64,000 bases of DNA from an uncultured Gammaproteobacteria bacterium (GCA_964349125.1 CAYGFH010000001.1:459502-523501); one strand, 5' to 3'; counted from the stretch's first letter, positions 41,140-51,130 are shown. Notes: a model not told the origin generated them from the letters alone. Program-made: numbers and translations.

Positions 41140-41182
41140 TCCCCTTGACGCATTCACCTCTTGCGGAGTATAAGGAAATAAG

Positions 41183-41210
41183 TAGGGCTTGATTAGCGCC
41201 CTATTTTTTT
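41183..41210 (+). terminator. rho-independent terminator after PRTase gene
   Basis: 6-bp stem 'tagggc/gcccta' (41183-41188 / 41198-41203) followed by T7 run 41204-41210. Confidence 0.5.
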
Positions 41211-41241
41211 GTCCAATTTTCTGTATGGCGCATATACGAAA

Positions 41242-41487
41242 ATGGAGAGAATCTACTATCACCCGACAGCAGCAGGAGGAGGGACTGGGTCTCTTGTTCC
41301 TGACCACCTCAGAGATATCAAAAGCCCAATAGACCCGGAGACCGGCACTGGGTTAGAGCCTGGTACAATTACACCTCCCCCCACAGAAATACCTCTACAA
41401 CCAAAAGTACGGTCTGTTTTTGATGGACCGGGGTTTCATTATGAGAAAGGTTCACGCGGAGAAAGAGTATTAGTGATTGATCAATAA
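41242..41487 (+). CDS. small Gly/Pro-rich hypothetical protein (81 aa from the ATG; the track ORF begins at a TTG inside the terminator T-run)
   Basis: ORF on the same strand as flanking genes in a 640-bp gap; 'MERIYYHPTAAGGGTGS ... GPGFHYEKGSRGERVLVIDQ'. Confidence 0.3.
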   Translation: MERIYYHPTAAGGGTGSLVPDHLRDIKSPIDPETGTGLEPGTITPPPTEIPLQPKVRSVFDGPGFHYEKGSRGERVLVIDQ

Positions 41488-41510
41488 TATTGTAGTTGAG
41501 TGTGTCACTT

Positions 41511-41756
41511 ATGAATGCAAACGAAGGCGATTCAAAGAGAAACTCAAATAGGGGTATGTCTTTCTGGACAGGTCAAGGAAGAGGTGATCCCATACCTCCT
41601 CCACACTACGAACGGCCCGTCTTTGGCACACCAACGTCCAGTACAGGCGATCTGTTTAAAAACGTTACTGTGTATATAGGAGCAGATATCCCCGCACCTA
41701 CTGAAGGTGAAGAAGCGCCACCAGATGATGTCCCGCCAGCTGGTACAGACACCTAA
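41511..41756 (+). CDS. small Gly/Pro-rich hypothetical protein (81 aa from the ATG)
   Basis: 'MNANEGDSKRNSNRGMSFWTGQGRGDPIPPPHYERP ... EEAPPDDVPPAGTDT'; same length as the preceding small ORF. Confidence 0.3.
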   Translation: MNANEGDSKRNSNRGMSFWTGQGRGDPIPPPHYERPVFGTPTSSTGDLFKNVTVYIGADIPAPTEGEEAPPDDVPPAGTDT

Positions 41757-41781
41757 AGGTTTAAACATGGTACAATAGTGT

Positions 41782-42420
41782 ATGGCAGCGAATATTCTCA
41801 CTTCTGAGCTTGCCTTTCTCCAAGAAGAGTTTTTGCGTGATGCAAAAGTAATCAATCCAGAACGCGGATACATTTCTGTTTCATCTTTTAACCTCCGCAT
41901 GAAGCCCAAAGTGCTCAAATCTGCAGCCAGGGCAATCTGTGAAGTATTCAAGGAAGATACAATCGATACTATTCATGGAATCCCACATTCGGGAAACTAT
42001 CTGGCAACAGCAGTGGCACTCAGTTTAGATTCCCCCACACATTTACACGCATCCCGAAAGGATCAGAATATTCCGTCTAACTGGAAGGACGTCTACAGAG
42101 AGGAAATCAGATCGTTTACCACCAGCAATGAATCTATGACTGTATTTTCGGGTATCAACCTTTCATTCGTAAAAAAGGGAGATCGGGTACTCTTACTGGA
42201 CGATGTGTGCGCGACAGGAGAAACGGGGTACCAACTGGTTGCCGGACTGCAGGAACGAGGTGTCACTGTTGTCGGATTCGCAGTTTTATTTGACAAAGTT
42301 TTTCAGGGAGGATTGGAACATATAGCATCACTCGGAGTAAAAACATTTTCCTGTGTCCGTGTTATGGAAATCGGAAAGCAGGACAAAGTCGTTCTTGCAA
42401 AAACAGATGAAGTTGTATAA
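41782..42420 (+). CDS. type I phosphoribosyltransferase (Apt/Xpt-like)
   Basis: PRPP-binding motif 'VLLLDDVCATGETG', 212 aa. Confidence 0.7.
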   Translation: MAANILTSELAFLQEEFLRDAKVINPERGYISVSSFNLRMKPKVLKSAARAICEVFKEDTIDTIHGIPHSGNYLATAVALSLDSPTHLHASRKDQNIPSNWKDVYREEIRSFTTSNESMTVFSGINLSFVKKGDRVLLLDDVCATGETGYQLVAGLQERGVTVVGFAVLFDKVFQGGLEHIASLGVKTFSCVRVMEIGKQDKVVLAKTDEVV

Positions 42421-42429
42421 AACAAGCAT

Positions 42430-43950
42430 ATGATCATTGTCGTTGATTTCGGATCACAAACCGCTCACCTTATCGGCAGAAGACTCCGGCAGATCGGAGT
42501 GGAAGTCGTATACACAAATCCTGAGGACGCAATCACGACTATAGAAACCACGCACCCGAAAGGAATTATTTTTTCCGGCGGACCCAATGATATAAGTTAC
42601 GACAATGCAACACTATCCATAGATAAAAAAGTGTTTTCCTTCGGGATACCGATACTTGGGATTTGTTATGGTTGGCAACTTATCGCCTATCTGCTTGGCG
42701 GTGAGGTACAACACTCCAAGAAAGAATTCGGACCGGAGGATATAATTTTTGATTCGCAACCGGATATCTTTGCTCTTCCCGAAAAACAATTTTCAGTCAT
42801 TATGTCCCACGGTGATACCGTTACAAAGCTTCCTGAAGGATTCGTCCGCATGGGGCACACTCAGCAGGTTGAGTACGCTGCTGTAATGAACAAAGAAAAA
42901 CGCATATATGGTATACAGTTTCACCCCGAGGCATACCATTCTACCCACGGCATGGAATTCTTAAAAAACTTTGTGGTGCTCTCGTGTAATGAATCGCTCC
43001 ACCCATTTATCCTTGATCCGCAAAAATGTATAGATGCAATACAGAAGACTGTGGGGAAGCACAAGGTCATCGGAGCGGTTTCAGGGGGTGTGGATTCCAC
43101 TGTTGCCGCATTCCTTATTGGAAAAGCCATCGGTAAGAATCTGATTCCGGTATATGTGGATAGCGGTCTTATGAGACCGGACACAGATGTCAGGGTAAAG
43201 CACATATTCACAAAGTTGATTCAGGCAGATCTCGTCATTGTTGATGCAAAAAAACGATTCTTATCAGCGCTTGAAGGTATTACGGATCCGGAAGAAAAAC
43301 GCAAAACCATCGGAAAACTCTACATCGATATTTTTAATGAGGAAGCCGCCAAACACGCGGATGCCACATTTCTGGCACAAGGAACAATATACTCCGATGT
43401 CATTGAATCCAAGGGTAGTAAACACGCGTCAAAAATAAAATCTCACCATAATGTCGGAGGGCTTCCGGAGAATTTGAAATTTACACTCCTGGAACCTATG
43501 CGAGAATTTTATAAGGATGAAGTTCGTGAATTGGGGCGATTGTCAGGAATACCAGAAGACCTTGTTATGCAACAACCGTTCCCCGGACCGGGATACGCGG
43601 TGAGGATACGCGGTGAAGTCACGGATAAACGCTTGGCACAGGTGAAAATAGCCGATGCTATCGTCATTGAGGAAATGAAAGCTGCCGGTTTGTACGATAC
43701 GGTTTTTCAATGTTTTGCGGTTATGTCAGGTGCGTTTTCAACAGCAGTGAAAGGTGACGGCCGGGTATTTGCTGAGGTTGTCGCTATTCGTGCATATGAA
43801 TCCCATGATGTCATGACTAGCCGTTGGGCGCACATCCCCTACGAAGTCCTAGGGAAAATATCGTCCAGAATAGTCAATGAAGTACCAAACGTTTCCCGTG
43901 TAGTCTATGATATAACCACAAAACCACCCGCAACCATGGAGTGGGAATAA
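42430..43950 (+). CDS. guaA: GMP synthase (glutamine-hydrolysing)
   Basis: N-terminal class I GATase ('GICYGWQL', catalytic Cys/His), ATP-PPase 'SGGVDSTV' P-loop, C-terminal dimerisation domain ending '...ATMEWE'. Confidence 0.95.
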   Translation: MIIVVDFGSQTAHLIGRRLRQIGVEVVYTNPEDAITTIETTHPKGIIFSGGPNDISYDNATLSIDKKVFSFGIPILGICYGWQLIAYLLGGEVQHSKKEFGPEDIIFDSQPDIFALPEKQFSVIMSHGDTVTKLPEGFVRMGHTQQVEYAAVMNKEKRIYGIQFHPEAYHSTHGMEFLKNFVVLSCNESLHPFILDPQKCIDAIQKTVGKHKVIGAVSGGVDSTVAAFLIGKAIGKNLIPVYVDSGLMRPDTDVRVKHIFTKLIQADLVIVDAKKRFLSALEGITDPEEKRKTIGKLYIDIFNEEAAKHADATFLAQGTIYSDVIESKGSKHASKIKSHHNVGGLPENLKFTLLEPMREFYKDEVRELGRLSGIPEDLVMQQPFPGPGYAVRIRGEVTDKRLAQVKIADAIVIEEMKAAGLYDTVFQCFAVMSGAFSTAVKGDGRVFAEVVAIRAYESHDVMTSRWAHIPYEVLGKISSRIVNEVPNVSRVVYDITTKPPATMEWE

Positions 43951-43962
43951 CGGAACATTCCT

Positions 43963-44838
43963 ATGGTCAAAAAAAAATTGCCTGATCCATACTCACAACA
44001 CGTTACTGAAGCCGCCGGCTTTATACAGACGATCATTGGAGATACCGGTTTTGTACCAAATGTCGCACTCACACTCGGATCAGGACTTAATACCCTCGCG
44101 GATCTCATACAACCTGTTGCTGTGATTCCCTATACCAACATCCCCCACTTCCCGGCGTCCACAGTCCCGGGTCATGAGGGAACTCTGATAGTCGGATATC
44201 TTGAAGGTGTCCCGATGATTGGATTTAAAGGAAGAAAGCACTTTTATGAAGTTGCCAATCAGCAAAACCCGATGGATATTGTCACATTTTCTGTGCATGT
44301 GGCTGCCTCACTGGGGTGTTCCCTCTATATTGCCACGAACGCGGCAGGAGGCCTAAATCAATCGTATGCGATTGGTGATCTTATGATGATTCGCTCGCAT
44401 ATTGGATTGTTCATCCCCAGTCCTCTGACAGGCACTCATCATGACTTCGGCAACAACGCATTTTTTCAACCACAAAACGCCGAGTACTCTCCAAAATTGC
44501 GAAAAATATTTTCCACACTGGACCAGTCAATACGGGAAGGTGTCTACGTTGCGGTCAGCGGCCGCGCATATGAGACACAGGCCGAGTGTCTCATGCTTCG
44601 CGCATTGGGTGCAGATGCAGTGGGTATGTCCACGGTTCCAGAAATTATCGTTGCCGCCAATCGCGGAATGGAAACATTCGGTGTTTCTATGATCACCAAT
44701 ATGATCGCACAGGACGGAACAAATGCCACAAATCATGAGGAGGTTATGGCGATACTAAGCAGCAAATCCACCGAAGAGAAACTGTTTGGCGTATTTAGGG
44801 AATTTTTTAGAGCCCTACAGAATCATTCAGCTGTTTAG
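43963..44838 (+). CDS. purine nucleoside phosphorylase (PNP/MTAP family)
   Basis: 'TVPGHEGTLIVGYLEGVPMIGFKGRKHFYE' and 'GMSTVPE' motifs of trimeric PNP/MTAP. Confidence 0.85.
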   Translation: MVKKKLPDPYSQHVTEAAGFIQTIIGDTGFVPNVALTLGSGLNTLADLIQPVAVIPYTNIPHFPASTVPGHEGTLIVGYLEGVPMIGFKGRKHFYEVANQQNPMDIVTFSVHVAASLGCSLYIATNAAGGLNQSYAIGDLMMIRSHIGLFIPSPLTGTHHDFGNNAFFQPQNAEYSPKLRKIFSTLDQSIREGVYVAVSGRAYETQAECLMLRALGADAVGMSTVPEIIVAANRGMETFGVSMITNMIAQDGTNATNHEEVMAILSSKSTEEKLFGVFREFFRALQNHSAV

Positions 44839-44883
44839 ACAGGTAGTGTTGCCCGCGAGACAAAATACAATACTGAGGCGATA

Positions 44884-45915
44884 TTAGCGGCGTATTCGTA
44901 TGTGTAGATCAAATGGTGTTTCTTTTTTCGCTGGGTGTTTCAGTACGAGGAAATATCTCCCAGCAACAGGCACTCTCATTTCCAAATTTGATTCGTGGCG
45001 TAACACTGTAGGTCCATAACTGTATAGTTCAACAGTGGCTTCAATGCCATCAAGACTAACAGGTTTTCGTACAGTAAATGTGACAACATCCCCTTTAAAT
45101 GCAACAAAAGTATACGCAGCAAATGATTCCGAATACGCTTGAGTTGTTTTAAATACGCCGCCACGGATTACAGAGTGCGAATATATATCAATATCCTGGA
45201 ATTCTATCCCGTGGTACGGCACTTGCGGTGATGGGACGCCGGTATATGCGTCCATAGACCCAATAAATGTGGGCGCTCCGGTATAAAATTCCAGAGAACC
45301 CACAATTTCATCGGATAGAGTTTTATACTCGGGTGAGATGACAGTCACGCCCACTTCATAGAATAATTGGGGCGTTTCTATATAATAGTATTTCGTCGTA
45401 TAGTCGGAGTATGCGACTGTGTGAATAACAACGGGGTGAATACCTAATGTCCCGTATGAACAACCATATACACGTTTGAGAAAGCCAATAATATTTGTCA
45501 CTGGTTTTCCGGAGTGATCCGGCATAGATGCATGTCTCGAGTAGCTGGTGATACCAATTGCAGCGCCATTCTTTCCATATCCATGGAATTGTATGTTTGG
45601 ATTGTTCACACAGTACTCTTCTCTGCAGGAATCATTTCGAACCCAATCGCCCGGTATCGTCATACGAAAACCTAATTCATCGCTTGAGATCACTTTGGGG
45701 TTTTGGATTGACGATGTTCCGATAGATAATCGCTTGGGAACTATAAATAAGGGCTCCCTGCACTGCTCCAGTTGTATACGTGAAAATCCCGACAATCCAA
45801 ATTTATTGTGAAGCTTTGCCCAATACAGAAATGTGGCCACACAACAAACGATAAGGATGGAAGATAAAAGCAGAAACGTTCTCGAAATTGTTCTCTTGGT
45901 GTTGTGTGCGCGCAT
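44884..45915 (-). CDS. membrane-anchored extracytoplasmic hypothetical protein
   Basis: 343 aa; signal-anchor 'FLLLSSILIVCCVATFLYW'; Tyr/Thr-rich beta-rich C-terminal region; no known motif. Confidence 0.5.
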   Translation of the reverse strand: MRAHNTKRTISRTFLLLSSILIVCCVATFLYWAKLHNKFGLSGFSRIQLEQCREPLFIVPKRLSIGTSSIQNPKVISSDELGFRMTIPGDWVRNDSCREEYCVNNPNIQFHGYGKNGAAIGITSYSRHASMPDHSGKPVTNIIGFLKRVYGCSYGTLGIHPVVIHTVAYSDYTTKYYYIETPQLFYEVGVTVISPEYKTLSDEIVGSLEFYTGAPTFIGSMDAYTGVPSPQVPYHGIEFQDIDIYSHSVIRGGVFKTTQAYSESFAAYTFVAFKGDVVTFTVRKPVSLDGIEATVELYSYGPTVLRHESNLEMRVPVAGRYFLVLKHPAKKETPFDLHIRIRR

Positions 45916-45925
45916 ACCCTCCCAG

Positions 45926-47410
45926 TTACTGGGGTTTATTTATGACTACGGGTTTAATGCGGCTTAACGCTTCGAGGGAGTACCGTACACCCTGAACTCC
46001 TATTCCTGACTGTTTAACTCCGAGAAATGGGAAATGATCTGGACCCCGTTGTGGTGATCCGTTAATCTGTACAGTGCCGACATTGAGAAGGTCTGCATAC
46101 TTTAAGCCTGTTCCCTCATCTTTAGTAAATACACACGCCTGTAGTCCGAATCTCTGGCCGTTCACCACCCGTGCAGCTTCGTCCATATCTGCGACCGGAA
46201 TAAACGATATGACGGGACCAAACACTTCCGTAGAAACGATTTTCATTGACGGCTTTACGTTCGTCAGAATTGTCGGTTCTATGTATGCATCTTTTCTGTG
46301 GCCACCGGTTGCGACTGTTGCACCCTCTGCAATTGCATCCTGTATGTGTTTTTCAATTTCTTCAGCTACTTTGAGTGTTACAACAGGTCCTACGAGTTTT
46401 GTTGTTTCCTCACGAGGATCTCCCATGTGCACTAATTCTTTCATCTGTTCCAGTACAATAGGAAGGAGCTGATCCAACACATTTTGTGCACCCATCACAT
46501 ATTTGATAGCTGTACATCGCTGACCTGCAAATGATAATCCGCCTTTTATAATTTCCTTTGCAGTCAGGTTCATATCCGCATCAGGAAATACGATAGTAGC
46601 GTTGTTACCGCCGCATTCAAACAACAGAGGCTTCATTGGAGCTTTACTGGCAATTGCCATACCGACATCGGAGCTTCCGGTGAAGGCAACCATGGTAGTG
46701 TTCTTATGACTCACAAGATAATCACCAATATCATGACCTCCACCTGTCAGACAGGTTATGACACCCTCCGGCACACCGGCTTTTTCAAAAATACTTGTCA
46801 AATGCAGACCACTGATACTTCCCTGTGTCGGTGGTTTAAATACCACACTGTTACCCATCAGGAGCGCAGGAGCGATTTTACTGCCAGCAAGATTGACTGG
46901 GTAATTAAACGGAGCAATGGCAAGAACGACACCGTGTGCAACACGATTTATCACTGCGATGCTGTCTTTTTTGTATCCGGGGAATTTATCACTCTCCAAT
47001 GTTTCACCGCGAATCGACTGCACCTCATCAGCAAAATAATCAGTCAGTTCTGCTGTCCTTTTTATTTCACTCTTTGCTTCACCCATGCTTTTCCCTACTT
47101 CCCGGGCGAGCAGCGCCGCAAGGTAATCCAGATAATGCATGGTCCAGTCAGCTGCCAGATGAACAATTTTCACCCGCTCATTTAACGGAGTTGCCTCCCA
47201 CTTTTTTTGTGCATCTACATTTCGCTGCAAGGCCTCATCTATTTCCTCTGTGGTGACAACTTGAATTTCGCCTACGACGGAGCCGTCTATCGGGGATACT
47301 ATTGAAGTTCTTTTTCCGCTTTTACTCTCCACCCATTCTTTTCCGTTGAAATAACGGTACACCGGAGGGGTAGCATTATTACTAATGGCTTCAAATAAAT
47401 CGGCAGGCAT
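45926..47410 (-). CDS. gapN: non-phosphorylating NADP-dependent glyceraldehyde-3-phosphate dehydrogenase (GapN-type ALDH)
   Basis: ALDH fold with 'FECGGNN', catalytic 'AGQRCTAIKYV', and GapN-typical C-terminus 'RGPDHFPFLGVKQSGIGVQG'. Confidence 0.8.
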   Translation of the reverse strand: MPADLFEAISNNATPPVYRYFNGKEWVESKSGKRTSIVSPIDGSVVGEIQVVTTEEIDEALQRNVDAQKKWEATPLNERVKIVHLAADWTMHYLDYLAALLAREVGKSMGEAKSEIKRTAELTDYFADEVQSIRGETLESDKFPGYKKDSIAVINRVAHGVVLAIAPFNYPVNLAGSKIAPALLMGNSVVFKPPTQGSISGLHLTSIFEKAGVPEGVITCLTGGGHDIGDYLVSHKNTTMVAFTGSSDVGMAIASKAPMKPLLFECGGNNATIVFPDADMNLTAKEIIKGGLSFAGQRCTAIKYVMGAQNVLDQLLPIVLEQMKELVHMGDPREETTKLVGPVVTLKVAEEIEKHIQDAIAEGATVATGGHRKDAYIEPTILTNVKPSMKIVSTEVFGPVISFIPVADMDEAARVVNGQRFGLQACVFTKDEGTGLKYADLLNVGTVQINGSPQRGPDHFPFLGVKQSGIGVQGVRYSLEALSRIKPVVINKPQ

Positions 47411-47460
47411 ATAGTCAGTATAGTGTTACAAATTGCTGTTTGTAAAGCACTACTTCCCTC

Positions 47461-48168
47461 TTACAATTTCTTAATCACACAGACAGTCTTACTTCCCTTA
47501 CTGCCACGCTCTAAAGCCTTCTCCAGAAGAAAAATAACGCCTTTCATGCAGGACTCCTGAGTTGCCCCTGTTTCCTCGGAAGCGATACGGATATCATCTT
47601 CTGTTATAACGCGAGACACACATACTGATGCGAGGATGAGTACATCTCCCGGTACGATAGTCTCAGCTATAGTCTCAGGAATTGCACCAGATCTGGCAAA
47701 CCCGAGAGCGCGAATTGTAGATATCTCGGAGTTTTCTGTTTTGTACGTCAAATCGTCTACCAGACCTTCCCGGACAAAATACAGACCAATATTCCCTATC
47801 GATCCTATCCAAATTTTACGCACACCCAATAGAACCACGCTGAATGTGCAGGCAAGTCCTTCGGAAAAAGTCGGTTCTTTTCGTTTCTGCCAGAGTGACA
47901 GGTTAGTGGTACGAAACATGCGTTCTATCAATTTGCCTTTATCCTCCCAATAGTATGGGCGTTGGCGAACATGCCGATAGCACCACAGAGCTGTTTCAGA
48001 TGCAAATTGTGAGGCAACATCAGGGTGAGGAAGTGTCACTACACCGGTCGAGAGTGCAACGCACTCGTTTCCAAGTAGGGAGATACTGTCTGTATGTCCT
48101 GATACTTCATCAGGCAGTTGACTGTACGCCACTATATACCCACAGGAAAAAGCGTCGGACATACGCAT
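47461..48168 (-). CDS. PP2C/SpoIIE-like domain protein with substituted metal-binding residues (possibly inactive)
   Basis: 'IWIGSIGNIGLYFVREGLVDDLT' aligns to the PP2C 'VGDSRAYLLR.G.L.QLT.DH' motif but lacks the Asp; 'VPGDVLILASVCVS' stands in place of the 'GD.LLLCSDGL' motif without the catalytic Asp. Confidence 0.45.
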   Translation of the reverse strand: MRMSDAFSCGYIVAYSQLPDEVSGHTDSISLLGNECVALSTGVVTLPHPDVASQFASETALWCYRHVRQRPYYWEDKGKLIERMFRTTNLSLWQKRKEPTFSEGLACTFSVVLLGVRKIWIGSIGNIGLYFVREGLVDDLTYKTENSEISTIRALGFARSGAIPETIAETIVPGDVLILASVCVSRVITEDDIRIASEETGATQESCMKGVIFLLEKALERGSKGSKTVCVIKKL

Positions 48169-48188
48169 GTGTAAGAGCGACTCACCTA

Positions 48189-48794
48189 TTAGAGCGCCGC
48201 TTGAAATCGTTTTTCAATTTCCGCCCAATTGACCACATTCCACCAATTTTTTATGTACTCAGCTCTGACATTTTTGTATTTGAGATAGTAGGCGTGTTCC
48301 CAGACGTCTATACCTAACAGGGGCATTCTTCCCTCCATAAGGGGAGAGTCCTGGTTCGCAGTATCTTCAATAACTAACCGCCCTTTATCAACACTGAGCC
48401 ATGCCCAACCGCTACCAAACCGGGCCATGGCACTGGAAGCAAATTTTGCCTGAAACGTCTCAAAATTCTCAAATGTGGCATCTATGGCTTTTTTTAATTC
48501 TCCTGTTGGTGTGCCACCGGCTTTCGGAGCCATACTTTCCCAAAACATTGTATGGTTGGCGTGACCACCACCATGATTTCGGACTTTACCCCGTAGTTCT
48601 TCGGGTACCCGCAACAAATCCGCGATGAGCTCTTCAACAGGCAGCGACAGCAGTTCTTCATGTCCTGCCAGTGCATCGTTTAAGTTTTTTACATATGCAG
48701 CATGATGTTTTTCATGGTGGATATGCATCGTCTCCTCATCGATAAACGGCTCGAGTGCATTGTACGCGTACGGTAAATCTGAAACGGTAAACAT
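48189..48794 (-). CDS. sodA: Fe/Mn superoxide dismutase
   Basis: '[25 protein letters not shown]', 'DVWEHAYY' metal-ligand motifs; start at the MFTV Met. Confidence 0.92.
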   Translation of the reverse strand: MFTVSDLPYAYNALEPFIDEETMHIHHEKHHAAYVKNLNDALAGHEELLSLPVEELIADLLRVPEELRGKVRNHGGGHANHTMFWESMAPKAGGTPTGELKKAIDATFENFETFQAKFASSAMARFGSGWAWLSVDKGRLVIEDTANQDSPLMEGRMPLLGIDVWEHAYYLKYKNVRAEYIKNWWNVVNWAEIEKRFQAAL

Positions 48795-48889
48795 AGTGTC
48801 CTCCTTATTTAACATTGAAATTCACTTCCTACCTATATATATCATATACCATACCGAGAGAATATCAGGAAAACTGATATAATAGAAAA

Positions 48890-51130
48890 GTGAAACAAAA
48901 GAAAATAAAACCGGTATTACTTTTACCCAAAGTGGCAGCCTCTGCCGATCTCCCCCCGGCTCCTGCAACGCATCGCCTGAAATGGACATATATATTTTGG
49001 GTGATACCTCTGAGTATTATTATTGCAATATATGTACTTATATTTCGGGGCCTCCCTTCCCCTACGTCACTCGGCACATATGAGATACCGCTTGCAACCA
49101 AAGTATATGATCGAAACGGTAAACTGCTCTATGATATTTTTGCTGATCAAAACAGGACGGCCGTACCGCTATCGAAAATTCCAAAGCACTTACAACATGC
49201 AACTATAGCAATTGAAGATAAGGATTTTTATAACCATCAGGGTATTAATCCCGTGGGAGGAATGCTTCGTGCCGTTACCGCAACCATTACAGGGAGAAAA
49301 CTTCAGGGAGGATCCACCATCACCCAACAGCTCGTGAAATCTGCACTTCTCACGCCTGAGAGAACAGTGATCCGCAAAGTAAAGGAAATTATTCTGGCAA
49401 TTTGGGTAGAAGCAATATATTCGAAGGATAAAATCCTGGAGTTATATCTAAATCAGGTTCCGTACGGCGGAACTGCATGGGGAGTCGAATCAGCTGCAGA
49501 GCGTTACTTTGGCAAAAAAGTCGAAGAACTCACGCTTGCCGAATCGTCCCTTTTGGCAGGACTGCCACAAGCACCGACCCTCTATTCCCCGTTCGGAACC
49601 CATCCGGATTTGGCAAAAAACAGGCAGCGAGACGTGTTAAAACGCATGGTGACAGACAAATATATTACACAGGAGCAAGCTGATGCGGCGGCTAAAGAGG
49701 AACTTGTATTTAAAAGGGATATTGGACTGAAAGCCGGACATTTTGTCATGTATGTGAAAGATCAGCTGGTCCAAAAACTGGGTGAAGCGGTTGTGGAAAA
49801 AGGTGGTTTGAAAGTTATCACAACCCTTGATCTGGAGCTCCAAGAATACGCGCAGGCAACAGTTGCAGCAGAAGTTGAGAAAATCAAATACCTCAGGGTT
49901 GGAAATGGCGCGGCACTCATCACAAAACCGGCAACAGGAGAGATACTCGCCATGATAGGCAGTACAGACTATTTTGCCACACCGTCGGGAAGCTATAATG
50001 TCACGACAGCGCTTCGACAACCGGGATCATCGATTAAACCTATTAACTACGCTATCGGCATAGAAACAAAAAAAGTTACGCCAGCAACAATTTTTCTTGA
50101 TATACCGACCTGTTTTGGCGTCGTGAACCAATCGTCCTACTGCCCAAAAAATTATGACGGTAAATTTCATGGGCCGGTTGCCCTTCGTATGTCTCTCGGC
50201 AATTCTCTAAACATACCAGCCGTAAAAATGCTGAAAATTAACTCAGTTGAAACAATGATTGCATCAGCAAGCGGCTTTGGGCTTGACACGTTGAAAGATC
50301 CGAAGCAGTACGGACTATCGCTCACACTCGGTGGCGGTGAGGTGCATATGACTGATATGGCTGAAGCATTTGGCGTATTTGCAAATGGCGGTATACGAAA
50401 AAATCTTGTTTCAATACTAAAAGTTACCGATAAAAACGGTAAGGTTATCGAAGAATATAAAGATCAAAACCTTAAGCAGGAAATACCATCACAACTACTG
50501 CTTCGTGGACCTCGGGTGCTTTCGCCCGAAACGGCGTTTCTTATCTCGCACATGCTTCTGGACAACAACGCGCGCATGGGGGCATTCGGTCCAAATTCAG
50601 AACTGGTAATTCCAAAACATGCGGTATCGGTAAAAACAGGCACCACAGATGATTTGAGAGACAATTGGACAATTGGATATACACCGCAATATTTAGTCGC
50701 AACATGGGTCGGCAATAACGACAATTCCCCGATGAATCCGTCTCTTGTATCAGGTGTCACGGGTGCGGCTCCAATATGGCATAAGCTCATGCAAAAAATG
50801 CTTGAAGGAAAGAGCGATGTATGGCCAAAACAACCGGATGGGATCGTTGGGGCAAGGGTATGCTCGCTTTCAGGATTACTCCCACCGAATGATGGAGACG
50901 ATCCAGGATGTGCCATACGGTTCGAGTATTTTATAAAAGGGACAGTGCCGACAGAGCGTGAACAACTAAAAAAATCAGTTCTTATTGACAAAGATACCGG
51001 AGATATCGTTCAACCGGGCAAAGCGGGAGCGAATGTTGAACCCCAGGAGAAGCTAATTTTGAAGGATCCGCTCTCTGAATATTGCCTTGATTGCCAACAC
51101 CCGGAAAACACCAGAACCTACATAAAATAA
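48890..51130 (+). CDS. class A penicillin-binding protein (bifunctional glycosyltransferase/transpeptidase, PBP1A)
   Basis: Signal-anchor, GT51 motifs 'ATIAIEDKDFYNHQGIN' and 'GGSTITQQLVKS', transpeptidase SxxK 'GSSIKP', SxN 'LGNSLN', KTG 'KTGTTDD'. Confidence 0.92.
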   Translation: MKQKKIKPVLLLPKVAASADLPPAPATHRLKWTYIFWVIPLSIIIAIYVLIFRGLPSPTSLGTYEIPLATKVYDRNGKLLYDIFADQNRTAVPLSKIPKHLQHATIAIEDKDFYNHQGINPVGGMLRAVTATITGRKLQGGSTITQQLVKSALLTPERTVIRKVKEIILAIWVEAIYSKDKILELYLNQVPYGGTAWGVESAAERYFGKKVEELTLAESSLLAGLPQAPTLYSPFGTHPDLAKNRQRDVLKRMVTDKYITQEQADAAAKEELVFKRDIGLKAGHFVMYVKDQLVQKLGEAVVEKGGLKVITTLDLELQEYAQATVAAEVEKIKYLRVGNGAALITKPATGEILAMIGSTDYFATPSGSYNVTTALRQPGSSIKPINYAIGIETKKVTPATIFLDIPTCFGVVNQSSYCPKNYDGKFHGPVALRMSLGNSLNIPAVKMLKINSVETMIASASGFGLDTLKDPKQYGLSLTLGGGEVHMTDMAEAFGVFANGGIRKNLVSILKVTDKNGKVIEEYKDQNLKQEIPSQLLLRGPRVLSPETAFLISHMLLDNNARMGAFGPNSELVIPKHAVSVKTGTTDDLRDNWTIGYTPQYLVATWVGNNDNSPMNPSLVSGVTGAAPIWHKLMQKMLEGKSDVWPKQPDGIVGARVCSLSGLLPPNDGDDPGCAIRFEYFIKGTVPTEREQLKKSVLIDKDTGDIVQPGKAGANVEPQEKLILKDPLSEYCLDCQHPENTRTYIK

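Noticed and set aside
41145-41174. Sigma70-like promoter TTGACG-18-TATAAG just after the PRTase gene
   Set aside because: It lies about 8 nt upstream of a terminator hairpin with a T7 run. A transcript started here would form that terminator at once, so it is likely a chance match.
41544-41951. 135-aa - strand ORF in the PRTase intergenic region
   Set aside because: It overlaps the start of the 41782 PRTase gene and is antisense to both small + strand ORFs. Its strand differs from all neighbours, and it has no motif.
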